A stretch of DNA of 38,184 nt, from positions 1 to 38,184 of IMG/VR virus record IMGVR_UViG_3300009111_000010; one strand, 5' to 3'. The stretch comes from a virus (Duplodnaviria > Caudoviricetes). The position numbers and the translations under genes were made by a program. Positions 1 through 8,080 of this stretch are shown piece by piece. Positions within the stretch are counted from its first letter, which is position 1, and each line of letters begins with the position of its first letter. The notes below the pieces were generated by a model. The model was not told where the DNA came from. It did no database searches and was given only the letters and a program-made list of their open reading frames with translations.

Positions 1-1249
1 GATTGAAGATCGCATTGATCTCCATCTGCAACGGCCCCAAGATGTCGCACACGGAACGGCCGTAGTAGCGGCCTGCAATCGGGATGTACTGGATACGGGC
101 GACGGGGCGCTGCCCGTGGGGGAACTCCTCGTCCAGATAGGCCCACCGGCACAGGACACCAGTGTTCTCGACCACCGAGTAGATCATGTGCTCATCGCGG
201 TAGTCGTCGTCTATGTCATCGTAGCAATAGCACTCAAGGATGCGGAACATCCCGTCCTTGAATCCTGTCGTCGCAGACACCCCGGCCTGTTCATCCTGCG
301 TCTGCTTGCGGGAATCAGGGTCTGGGTCCGAGGTCCCTCGGAGGTCTATGAGTTGCTGCCACTCTTCAGCCGTAAACTTATAGATACCTTGGTCACGACG
401 CTGGGCCAGCGTATCCAAGGGTAGGAAGACTTCGTGAATCAGATAGAGAGATTCGTACGGATCTTCCGCCGTGTATGGCACCTTCAAGTCAATGTTATTG
501 CAAAGCTGGACAACAGGCTTGGCCGAAACGATGGTGTCCTTCGTGATATAGACATCGACATGCTCATCGTCTTCATCGTCTGGCCGGTCTATCTCGACCT
601 TCGCCCGGACCCACTTGTGCCCCTCGCGGACGTAACACTCGAACACCCCGTCACCCAGGGACTTGAGTTCCCGCTTAGGGTCAGGCCGCAGTAGGTGGTC
701 GATGTAGTCGGTGTCGGAGAGTTCTACAGGTTCGCTGCCCTCCGGCACCTTCACACCAGCCCACGTCTCTCCCGCACGTGCGTACTTGGGCATAAGATGC
801 TTGGTGCGGGTCTGCCGCCACGTCTCCTCCCACGTGGTCTTCACAGAAGCATCCGAGTCGATCAGCATCGTCCGCAGCCACGATAGCACCGTGGGCTTGA
901 AGTTGGCGATGTCGTTCGTCAGCGCCCACTGGAGGAACTGCTCTACATCATCCGTCTCCTCAAGGTCGTTCGGCTCTACCGCTTTGCAATTCGCAATAGG
1001 CTCGGTGCCGAAGAGAGCCTGACCCAAGCGAGGAACGACATTCTCCACGACCTTCTCAATGTAAGGGATGTGGACGTTAGACGCATCTGGCCAGGGCTCT
1101 GCAATACGGGTCGTGTCGCCAGTGTAGAGTCGCCAGTTAACGTCACGCTGTTCCTCCCAGTCGGCACGCTCGTCTTGCGCTTGGTGCCACCACTTGAGCA
1201 CCTTCTGCGCTTTTTCGTCCCTATACTCTTTGCGCTTAAACTTCTTCAT
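1..1249 (-). CDS. Portal (head-tail connector) protein, P22-like; runs off the left edge of the window
   Basis: Absent from the ORF track because it has no stop in the window. Manual translation from ATG 1249 (overlapping the upstream TAA) gives MKKFKRKEYRDEKAQKVLKWWHQAQDERADWEEQRDVNWRLYTG...PWPDASNVHIPYIEKVVENVVPRL... and, at the edge, ...RPVARIQYIPIAGRYYGRSVCDILGPLQMEINAIFN. These segments resemble podoviral portals, and the gene lies just downstream of TerL. Confidence 0.85.
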   Translation of the reverse strand, partial: MKKFKRKEYRDEKAQKVLKWWHQAQDERADWEEQRDVNWRLYTGDTTRIAEPWPDASNVHIPYIEKVVENVVPRLGQALFGTEPIANCKAVEPNDLEETDDVEQFLQWALTNDIANFKPTVLSWLRTMLIDSDASVKTTWEETWRQTRTKHLMPKYARAGETWAGVKVPEGSEPVELSDTDYIDHLLRPDPKRELKSLGDGVFECYVREGHKWVRAKVEIDRPDDEDDEHVDVYITKDTIVSAKPVVQLCNNIDLKVPYTAEDPYESLYLIHEVFLPLDTLAQRRDQGIYKFTAEEWQQLIDLRGTSDPDPDSRKQTQDEQAGVSATTGFKDGMFRILECYCYDDIDDDYRDEHMIYSVVENTGVLCRWAYLDEEFPHGQRPVARIQYIPIAGRYYGRSVCDILGPLQMEINAIFN

Positions 1250-1620
1250 TACCCGCAGATCCAGTACTCGACAGTCGAGGAGAGGACAGTGTTCGCGTTC
1301 TTTACCCTAAACCCAGTGAACCCAGACCCCAACCCCAGCACCGTGAATCCATCGTCATCCAGCCCTACGGAGTTACTGGCTGTCGCTGCTGTAGTCCGTG
1401 TTGAGATCAGCACCCGACCCGTAGAAGCGCGGGCGAACAGCATCTTGGGTGTGCCGATGCTGCCGATGCCAATGCTGCTTGCTGCGCTGCTGGCCAGCTG
1501 CACCACACCTTGCACGCTCTCGGTGAAGGTTACGTTGCCTGTGTCGGCTGTCGCGTCTACAAACTGGATACCACCGTCCAGCCATTGCAGACTGGTCCTA
1601 AGCCGGTACTTGCGCGCCAT
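1249..1620 (-). CDS. Small beta-rich protein, possibly virion-associated
   Basis: 123 aa, S/T/G/A-rich, coupled to the portal start (TAATG overlap). Confidence 0.65.
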   Translation of the reverse strand: MARKYRLRTSLQWLDGGIQFVDATADTGNVTFTESVQGVVQLASSAASSIGIGSIGTPKMLFARASTGRVLISTRTTAATASNSVGLDDDGFTVLGLGSGFTGFRVKNANTVLSSTVEYWICG

Positions 1621-1798
1621 CTTCTATCCTTTGTGAACACCCGCATCGTTGGTGTCGCCACTTGGCCAAGGCCGCACGGGCAAGCTGGTTAATCTCATGC
1701 GGCTCTTTGGCACTAGCACACTGGCGCATCGCCAGCTTATAACCCATGATGAAACCCATCTCTTCCTTGTACCGCATTTCCTCGGCTACGCTAGGCAT
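1598..1798 (-). CDS. Hypothetical protein (66 aa)
   Basis: ATG 1798 (MPSVAEEMRYKEE...) overlaps the TerL stop and the ORF fills the gap. Confidence 0.55.
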   Translation of the reverse strand: MPSVAEEMRYKEEMGFIMGYKLAMRQCASAKEPHEINQLARAALAKWRHQRCGCSQRIEDGAQVPA

Positions 1799-3345
1799 TA
1801 CACCCCCGTCCACATACCAGCGCGGACTTGCTCGCGCCGTAGATTCACCCGCCACGGCTTCCTGGAAAGCGCCTCCATGGGCGCACTAACCGCGCCCGTG
1901 CGGTCGCCATGCCGCTGGTAGAAGTACCGAAGGCAGGCTATCATGTCGTCGTCCCGTGTCACCACGTCCTGCTTCGTGTCCTTGTACGCTCCCTGCGAAT
2001 TGCGCCAGTCGTCCCACACGTGCTTGAGAAAGTTCGCCGCGAGCGTGGGACAGTCCGTCGTGACTTGTAAGGAAGGAATCTCTGTCCGGGGGGACACTTT
2101 GAGCGCCCCATGGATCTGATTGTACCCTGCCCACTTGTTCCTCTTGAATGCCTTGGTAAAGTTGAGCCCATGCCCTGCAAACATCTTGAGGATCGAAGCC
2201 CCTGTGCCGCGTTCCATCTCCTCTGCGGAGTCGTCTATGATGCGCCCGGTGATCTTTACACTGGTGCGCTCGCTGTACTCGCCGTAAAGTTCCCGGTGCC
2301 GCGCCTCTTTCTGGAGAATCGCATGCGCGACATCCTCAATCGTTATCAGCTTCTTGTCAAAGAGTTCGTCATACGCTACTGCGTACTCGCCCTCGGGGTC
2401 GGTGGCGATCCACAATACCGCAACCGGCTTCCGTGGGTGCGGGTCCACCATGCAGTACCTCTGCCAGAAGGGCGGGATTCTACCGGGCTTGACGTAGAAG
2501 GGGGGCTCCGGCCGCCATTCAGAAAAGACACGACCCACAAGATACTTGGGATTGCCCAGGATACGTGCTTCGAATTCAGCAGGGTCCAGGTCAGCGATGA
2601 ACTCATCAATCGCCTCTTTCGTCATCGGGCCAAAAGGCGGGCCGTTGTTGTAGATCGAATACTGGAAATGCTCCAGACGCTTGCCCGGCCCGCACTGTGG
2701 CAGCAAGATGTCCCAGATCCATGGCTCTGAAAGCGGTGTCAACGCCATCCAGAAGATACCGTGGTAGTCCATCAGTCCCCTGCGCGCCGAGATGAAAAGA
2801 TCATACGGGGGTGGCTCGTCAAACGACACCCAATGGCCCTTCGTACCTTCTTGTACCTCCGTGTCCTGCTTGTATGCGCGCAGGTATATTACCGAGCCGT
2901 TGTCCATGTCGATGCGCTCTGGGTAGCCCCTATAGCCCTTCTTGATCTTGTACGTCCCCAGTGGCGCCCATCTCTTGAACTCCGGCACTAGGACTTCTTC
3001 GATGTTCTTCATCTCATGGGCGAACATCCTGCCTACGTTCGGCACAGGCATCGGGCGTCCAGAGCCCAAATACACTATGCGCCTGGGGTCGGTTTCCTCA
3101 AGCCATGGCCGATAGCCCAGCGCACAAGAGATCGCCTCGGTGATCTCGCCTGCGGTCTTGCCGCTGCGGTTACTACCCGTGCACACCCTACCCGAAGCCC
3201 TGGAGTAGTGGAATGGTTCCTGGTTAGGGTTGGGTATGTAATGGGCGATGGGGTTTGCTTCGTGGGCGTTCTCCAGCCTTTGCAAAGCCTCTTCGAGTTG
3301 TAGTAACTCCTCGTAGATCGCCTGTCGGGCTGGATTACGCGCCAC
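1798..3345 (-). CDS. terL: Terminase large subunit
   Basis: PNQEPFH Q-motif, Walker A GSNRSGKT, Walker B WVSFDEPP, coupling motif ALTP, nuclease acidic motifs MVDPHP and DDDMIACLRY; adjacent to portal. Confidence 0.95.
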   Translation of the reverse strand: MARNPARQAIYEELLQLEEALQRLENAHEANPIAHYIPNPNQEPFHYSRASGRVCTGSNRSGKTAGEITEAISCALGYRPWLEETDPRRIVYLGSGRPMPVPNVGRMFAHEMKNIEEVLVPEFKRWAPLGTYKIKKGYRGYPERIDMDNGSVIYLRAYKQDTEVQEGTKGHWVSFDEPPPYDLFISARRGLMDYHGIFWMALTPLSEPWIWDILLPQCGPGKRLEHFQYSIYNNGPPFGPMTKEAIDEFIADLDPAEFEARILGNPKYLVGRVFSEWRPEPPFYVKPGRIPPFWQRYCMVDPHPRKPVAVLWIATDPEGEYAVAYDELFDKKLITIEDVAHAILQKEARHRELYGEYSERTSVKITGRIIDDSAEEMERGTGASILKMFAGHGLNFTKAFKRNKWAGYNQIHGALKVSPRTEIPSLQVTTDCPTLAANFLKHVWDDWRNSQGAYKDTKQDVVTRDDDMIACLRYFYQRHGDRTGAVSAPMEALSRKPWRVNLRREQVRAGMWTGV

Positions 3346-3622
3346 GGTTGTTTAGCCCCGCCTTGTAGCCACGATCCCACGCCTTACGGAGTTCGCGGTC
3401 AAAAGTGCGGAAATGCCGTATGCGTCCCCACCACTTGTACCGCACAACATACCAAGCGTAGAAGATAAGGTTCAGGGGCCACACTGCGTACAGCCGAGTA
3501 TCTGTGTCAAAGTCATAGTAGACGATGCCCAGATACCATGGCGTACGCGCCCCTGCCGCATATGGAAACGTGCTCTTGAGCAGCACCGTCTCCAGACATA
3601 CCCGCCGCAACCACCACGCCAT
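3335..3622 (-). CDS. Hypothetical protein, possibly membrane-associated
   Basis: 95 aa with an aromatic/hydrophobic stretch (LYAVWPLNLIFYAWYVV); overlaps the terL start. Confidence 0.55.
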   Translation of the reverse strand: MAWWLRRVCLETVLLKSTFPYAAGARTPWYLGIVYYDFDTDTRLYAVWPLNLIFYAWYVVRYKWWGRIRHFRTFDRELRKAWDRGYKAGLNNRGA

Positions 3623-3746
3623 CCCTTACTCCTCTGCCTTCTTGGGTTGCTCTTGTGGAGTAGGCCCGATTGTGCGTGCTTCTGCGTTAGGAATGCGACT
3701 GCCCCCTAGTGCTTTAGGGGACTTGGGCTTCAGCGCCTTTTTCATC

Positions 3747-4022
3747 TTACGTGGACCGGGCACGCTTTACAGATAGCGACAAGACCTGACGAACCACAGC
3801 TTTAGGGAACTGCTGTGGTCCGCCAAGACACGCTACCTCCTCCTTCATGTCGTAGTCCGTAGCCAGTATCACATAGTCGCCTGTATCGTCTAGCAGCCAC
3901 CCCGGTGTATACCGCAGACATGGCTTGATGCTGCGAAGTACCTCCTCCTTGGTGCCCTGCACCGCCCCGTCTGAGAAGATGTCCTCCCACACCACCAAGA
4001 CTAAGGGGTACTGAAAGTGCAT
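3747..4022 (-). CDS. Conserved-type phage hypothetical protein
   Basis: 91 aa; LVLVVWED...T.GWLL...YVILATD...FPKAVV pattern often seen in small phage proteins near terminase; SD GGAGGG upstream. Confidence 0.7.
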   Translation of the reverse strand: MHFQYPLVLVVWEDIFSDGAVQGTKEEVLRSIKPCLRYTPGWLLDDTGDYVILATDYDMKEEVACLGGPQQFPKAVVRQVLSLSVKRARST

Positions 4023-4030
4023 CTACCCTC

Positions 4031-4198
4031 CTAGACGCGGGGCTTCACCATGTGCTGTGGCTTACGCTTGCCGCCACTTTCCTTCTGCATCCACGCCTTG
4101 ACAGACGTGTTGCCTTGCTTCATCTTGGCGACACCGATCTCTGCAATCGGATTCGAGTCTGCGGAGTTGAATTTGCCTGTGCATTTAGGAAGTGCCAT
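4031..4198 (-). CDS. Small basic hypothetical protein (55 aa)
   Basis: Manual translation MALPKCTGKFNSADSNPIAEIGVAKMKQG...VKPRV*; SD AGGAG upstream; below the ORF-track cutoff. Confidence 0.6.
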   Translation of the reverse strand: MALPKCTGKFNSADSNPIAEIGVAKMKQGNTSVKAWMQKESGGKRKPQHMVKPRV

Positions 4199-5066
4199 CT
4201 GTCTCCTCGCTAAAAGAAGTCCCCGCCGCCGAGACGCCCTTTTCTTCTGCGGCGCTCTCTATTTCAGTATAAGCGGCGGGGCTCTCTATGAGTGGACTTG
4301 CCCCATGGCCGTCCGATTCCCCGACTGCGGGAACGAATGTAGCCCTGCCAAGGGCACCGCCGTCCCCGCCTTCGGAGACATCATCACAATCTTCTGGTCG
4401 TTCTTCTGCTTCTTGCCCTGTGCGGTCGGCGTGCCCGTCACTGGACCTGCGGGCGGGTGCCCGCCGCCGTGCCCCGGCGGGGGTGCCTGCGATACATGAA
4501 TTCCCATCCTTTACCTCCAGTACTTGCGCTTCAACAGACTTGAGCTTATCAAGCATGCCTGACGGCATATCTACTTGCAAAAACGTAAGGCGCTCTACAC
4601 GCCCCTTGATCGACTCCATCAACGTCTCGATGTTCGTCCGAGACGCTACCTTGCCCCCGCGAGCCGCCGAGTCGTCCACCCATGTTTCTAGGTCTTGCGC
4701 ACGGTCGCCCATCACCTTGGCCTTGTCTACGAGAATACCCGCTAAGACGCCGCGCTGCTGTACAGACGACTGCTTAAGCGCGGTAGTGTCTATCGTCTCC
4801 AGGACGCAGATCGCCTTTTGTGCCAGATACTCAGAGTACGCCCGGGCGCGTTGCGCGCGTGAGGACATCAAGGCGTGACGCATGTTGGCGTCACCGGACT
4901 GCAGCGAAGCCAGATATTTCCGTACCGTCTCGACGTGCAGGCCGATCTCCCGGGCGATTTCCTTCGGCCGCTTGCCCAGGCCAGTCATGGTCCATATGGC
5001 CTCGACCTGCTCCGGCCTCAGGGCGGAAGGCTGGAAGGTCTGTGCGAGGACAGGAGGAGCTGCCAT
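4185..5066 (-). CDS. HTH DNA-binding protein, probable terminase small subunit
   Basis: N-terminal HTH (GKRPKEIAREIGLHVETVRKYL), helical segment QRGVLAGILVDKAKVM, position upstream of terL; SD AGGAG. Confidence 0.6.
   Translation of the reverse strand: MAAPPVLAQTFQPSALRPEQVEAIWTMTGLGKRPKEIAREIGLHVETVRKYLASLQSGDANMRHALMSSRAQRARAYSEYLAQKAICVLETIDTTALKQSSVQQRGVLAGILVDKAKVMGDRAQDLETWVDDSAARGGKVASRTNIETLMESIKGRVERLTFLQVDMPSGMLDKLKSVEAQVLEVKDGNSCIAGTPAGARRRAPARRSSDGHADRTGQEAEERPEDCDDVSEGGDGGALGRATFVPAVGESDGHGASPLIESPAAYTEIESAAEEKGVSAAGTSFSEETDGTS
4286..4507 (-). CDS. Small Pro/Gly-rich protein nested out of frame in the 3' part of the TerS-like ORF
   Basis: Strong SD GGAGGT just upstream of ATG 4507; 73 aa. 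Confidence 0.45.
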   Translation of the reverse strand: MGIHVSQAPPPGHGGGHPPAGPVTGTPTAQGKKQKNDQKIVMMSPKAGTAVPLAGLHSFPQSGNRTAMGQVHS

Positions 5067-5082
5067 ACTTGGAAGTAGTCTC

Positions 5083-5394
5083 CTAGCGAATGTAGATCGT
5101 GCAAGTCAGGGTGGCTGCGCTGACACCAAAAAGCGCCCGACGCTTGATCCACAGGCCGTTCTTGAGCGGGCCTGTACCCCCTAGCGGAAACGTCTGCGCA
5201 GCGTACGTCTTCAGGTACGTTTCCAAAATAACACTGCCGGAAGCGTCATACGCAATGAATGTAGTATTGCCCGTTGTAGACTTATTGCGGACAGAAATCG
5301 CAGTAGGATATACAGACTTGCCTGCTGCTACTTGCGGGGTAGTGTTATTCCCCGTGTCGAAATACCAAGGATTACGTGTCAGTCTATCAGCCAT
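5083..5394 (-). CDS. Small beta-rich protein, possibly virion decoration
   Basis: Start re-called at ATG 5394 (MADRLTRNPWYFD...), SD GAGGA; 103 aa. Confidence 0.65.
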   Translation of the reverse strand: MADRLTRNPWYFDTGNNTTPQVAAGKSVYPTAISVRNKSTTGNTTFIAYDASGSVILETYLKTYAAQTFPLGGTGPLKNGLWIKRRALFGVSAATLTCTIYIR

Positions 5395-5395
5395 T

Positions 5396-5992
5396 TCAGT
5401 TCCTCGAAGCCGTAAACCACGGGCTGTCCGCCCGCCCAGCAACTGCACTATCTACGCTAAGCCACGTGTCTGTGGCTAAACTCACAACAACACGCGGGGT
5501 AACGGTTGCTGTAACTTGTACGCCGTTCACATAAATATAAAAGTCTAGCGTGTCACCGTGCGCTACGCCTGCAGACACAATCTGCAAACTGCACTCAACC
5601 TCTGTACACGCACCTGCGCCTAGAGAAATTGTACCTGACCCGGCTGTAGCGGCTTCGGTTTGCCCGTCGTTGTCGGCTAAAAACGCACCCGTGCCTCCGG
5701 TAAGCCGCTGCGTACAGTCGGCGTCTTCTGTAAGTACCGAAGCCACTGGTATAACTACTGGCTGCCCAACAGCCACCAAAGTCTTCACGCCAGCGTTTAA
5801 GGACCGGTAAAGCTGTACAATGAACGGGGGACCAGACGCCTGTTCTGTATCCAGATTCTGGATGTTGAAGCGCAGCAAGAATGTGGTGTCCGGCGCATAG
5901 ACTATGTTTTGATTCTGCGGAGCAATCCACCCATGTGTGGCCTCGTTGCCACTGTTTTGCCCAAACCTAAACTGTGTCTGTGCTAAAGCCAT
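5396..5992 (-). CDS. Hypothetical beta-sandwich-like protein, possibly structural
   Basis: 198 aa, T/G/A/V-rich, tightly packed in the operon. Confidence 0.65.
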   Translation of the reverse strand: MALAQTQFRFGQNSGNEATHGWIAPQNQNIVYAPDTTFLLRFNIQNLDTEQASGPPFIVQLYRSLNAGVKTLVAVGQPVVIPVASVLTEDADCTQRLTGGTGAFLADNDGQTEAATAGSGTISLGAGACTEVECSLQIVSAGVAHGDTLDFYIYVNGVQVTATVTPRVVVSLATDTWLSVDSAVAGRADSPWFTASRN

Positions 5993-7222
5993 CTAGGCCC
6001 CTACCAGCAAAGGCGCATGCACGCGCGGTGGATTAGGTGTGATGAGGGTTGTATCGGGCCACTTGGCCTGTATCTCCGTCAAGAAGTTCCACGCAAAGAC
6101 CAGCATCGTGGCCTCCCGGCCCAGCGTGTGGGTATCGAATTCTTTACGGGAGATGATGGGTATCCCGGTCCCCGCTTGGTACAAACCCTGCTTGCTGGAA
6201 GTGTCGTCTACGATACAGCAGACTTGGTGCGGCGTCAACCCGCACACATTCGCCATCACCGTGCCCTTCGCGGCTGCACCAATCGCCCCGTCTACAGGGA
6301 ATTCGGCCAGGAGCGACACCAAACGAGCCGGGGTGTACTGGGCAGCGGATAGAAAAGCGTCATACCGTAACCGAGACTCCCTTTCTCGATACGGGGCCAG
6401 TGCGTCGGATGCTGTATCCCGATTGCACCACACGCGCAACGACCCTCCGTGTATGGGGAGTTCTTCCACTTCGTCCACGTAGAAGCCATGTCGGTCCAAA
6501 ACACGGGACAAAGGCCCGGCGAGGATATAGGACAAGTGCTCGTGGTAGATTTGGTCGAATTCCCCAAGCCTAAACGTGTCATAAGCCCATGGAAACTCCA
6601 AAACGAGCAGGCCATGGTGCGCTAAGATGCGCGTACAGGCTTCAAAGAAAGCGTCCCAGTCGTCTGTGTGGGCTAGAACGTTCTGCGCGGTAACGATCTG
6701 GGCCTTTACACCGGATTCCCGGAGCTTCTTGGCCAAATCTGGCGTCCAGAGCGCCTGGATTCCGGTATGCCCGGCTCCTTCGAGCCGCTGTACCTGCGGC
6801 GAAGGGTCTACACCGACGCCATTGAAGCTGCCGATGTCGCAATGGGCCGCGTTGAACAGCGTACCGTCGTTGCAACCGATGTCCAACCACGTAGTAGCCC
6901 CAGAAATGCGCCCCCGGGGCACGCTGCGGAGCCGGGCCTCCACTTTGCGGGCTAGTGTCTGGCACGAACCCCAGAAAGTTTGGGAAACACCCGACTCGTA
7001 AGGGTAGTTTGCGTACAAAAGAGACGGGGAAACGGTGTGAGACAGCTGGATTTGGCCGCAATACGTGCATTCCATGAGGCCCAAGGGGTATCGCGGCGCG
7101 GCAATGGCCCCGGCACGTGAGGAAAACAGCGCGTTTGCCAGCGGTAAGTCCCCAAATCCGGTCAGGACTGCGAGATTGTGCCCCCCACACGCCCTGCAGG
7201 TACGTCTCTCTACACAATCCAC
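5993..7222 (-). CDS. SAM-dependent NDP-hexose C-methyltransferase (TcaB9/TylCIII-like, with N-terminal Zn-binding domain)
   Basis: CRACG...PLAN...YPL..MECTYCGQIQL Zn domain, SAM motif LDIGCNDGTL, NVLAHTDD, FDQIYHEHLSY, HGGSLR, C-terminal GAAAKG, KQGLY..GTGIPI and FAWNF..EI. Confidence 0.9.
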   Translation of the reverse strand: MDCVERRTCRACGGHNLAVLTGFGDLPLANALFSSRAGAIAAPRYPLGLMECTYCGQIQLSHTVSPSLLYANYPYESGVSQTFWGSCQTLARKVEARLRSVPRGRISGATTWLDIGCNDGTLFNAAHCDIGSFNGVGVDPSPQVQRLEGAGHTGIQALWTPDLAKKLRESGVKAQIVTAQNVLAHTDDWDAFFEACTRILAHHGLLVLEFPWAYDTFRLGEFDQIYHEHLSYILAGPLSRVLDRHGFYVDEVEELPIHGGSLRVWCNRDTASDALAPYRERESRLRYDAFLSAAQYTPARLVSLLAEFPVDGAIGAAAKGTVMANVCGLTPHQVCCIVDDTSSKQGLYQAGTGIPIISRKEFDTHTLGREATMLVFAWNFLTEIQAKWPDTTLITPNPPRVHAPLLVGA

Positions 7223-7225
7223 GCC

Positions 7226-7438
7226 CTATTCCTCCTCTTTCTGCACCCGCCGCCCCAGGTAAAAACCAATTTGTGGCTTGCTGCGCTTGCGCCGAGACTG
7301 TCCACGCTTGTCCGGCCACCCCTCTAACCACTTATCCGTCATTCTGTCGCTGTCCCACAGTGGGTTATCGAAGTCTATACGGTGTGTTTCAGCCCCTTCC
7401 TGCGGGCCAAGGTACGGTAGAACACGAATCTTGGGCAC
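7226..7438 (-). CDS. Hypothetical protein (70 aa), first gene of the late operon
   Basis: GTG start with GGGGGA SD; abuts the methyltransferase gene. Confidence 0.55.
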   Translation of the reverse strand: MPKIRVLPYLGPQEGAETHRIDFDNPLWDSDRMTDKWLEGWPDKRGQSRRKRSKPQIGFYLGRRVQKEEE

Positions 7439-7519
7439 TTGTCCCCCAAAAGCGAGGTTGTCATAGGCGAGGAGTTCGATACAGGGGGTGTCCTCTCCCC
7501 CCTCTACCTATTTCGATAG

Positions 7520-7572
7520 CTGGAAATGGGGTGAGATTCACAAGAGTTGCAATTATTTTACTTTTTTGTTTT
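7520..7572 (-). promoter_or_regulatory. Candidate late-operon promoter
   Basis: On the minus strand an A-tract (AAAACAAAAAAGTAAAATAA) is followed by TTGCAA (7547-7552); there is no convincing -10. Confidence 0.3.
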
Positions 7573-7695
7573 CCGGGATATTGTCCAGCCTACCCTCTGT
7601 CGTCGGTTCGGGCGCGCGCGTGCCCCCGATACCCCCACCCCTGGCACAACACAAACGAGTTGTCCCACCCCTTGTGGTATCGTGCGGCCCCGCGA

Positions 7696-7723
7696 GCTTG
7701 ACATAATGCTAATTATGCGCCAT
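7696..7723 (-). other. dif-like XerC/XerD recombination site (28 bp)
   Basis: Minus strand ATGGCGCATAA-TTAGCA-TTATGTCAAGC vs E. coli dif GGTGCGCATAA-TGTATA-TTATGTTAAAT: 11-6-11 architecture, 8/11 match in each arm; intergenic. Confidence 0.75.
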
Positions 7724-7848
7724 TCGTACGCGAGGGTTGTAGCGTAATGCGTTGCGCTGCAATGGGTTAGTGCAATCGAGGCATCGGCGCGTGCTGTGCG
7801 CGCGCATTTTATCCGCTTATTGACACGGCGGCGTGGCCCTGGACCATT

Positions 7849-7867
7849 TACTTGTATCATACAAGTA
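7849..7867. promoter_or_regulatory. Perfect 9-1-9 palindrome, candidate operator
   Basis: TACTTGTAT-C-ATACAAGTA, intergenic, downstream of a TTGACA at 7820-7825. Confidence 0.5.
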
Positions 7868-7906
7868 TCTCATGCGACCCCTTGAAACAGGCCCCCAGAG
7901 TGTAGG

Positions 7907-7945
7907 CAAGCAAACGGCCCCTGCTAGTTTCCCAGCAAGGGGCCG
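7907..7945 (-). terminator. Intrinsic terminator of the AAA/VWA operon
   Basis: Minus strand CGGCCCCTTGCTGG-GAAA-CTAGCAGGGGCCG followed by TTTGCTTG; GNRA loop; just after the last gene of the operon. Confidence 0.75.
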
Positions 7946-7969
7946 CAGACTAGCCTATGGAAACGTGCG

Positions 7970-8080
7970 CTATGGACTAGCGCGGTAGCCTAGCAGGAAC
8001 AGGACAACAGGAACCAGCAGCAATGCCGCAAGGCCAACGGTCAACAGGCCCCAAACTACCAAGCGGGCTAGGCTATGCAT
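7970..8080 (-). CDS. Small membrane protein (36 aa)
   Basis: MHSLARLVVWGLLTVGLAALLLVPVVLFLLGYRASP*; SD AAGGAG; one hydrophobic helix. Confidence 0.6.
   Translation of the reverse strand: MHSLARLVVWGLLTVGLAALLLVPVVLFLLGYRASP

Noticed and set aside
7450-7510. tRNA suggested by GTTCGAT
   Set aside because: No T-stem, acceptor stem or anticodon arm can be formed around it.
7623-7641. C-rich tract (CCCCCGATACCCCCACCCC) as a physical genome end
   Set aside because: It lies at a module boundary, but termini cannot be inferred from sequence alone without read data.
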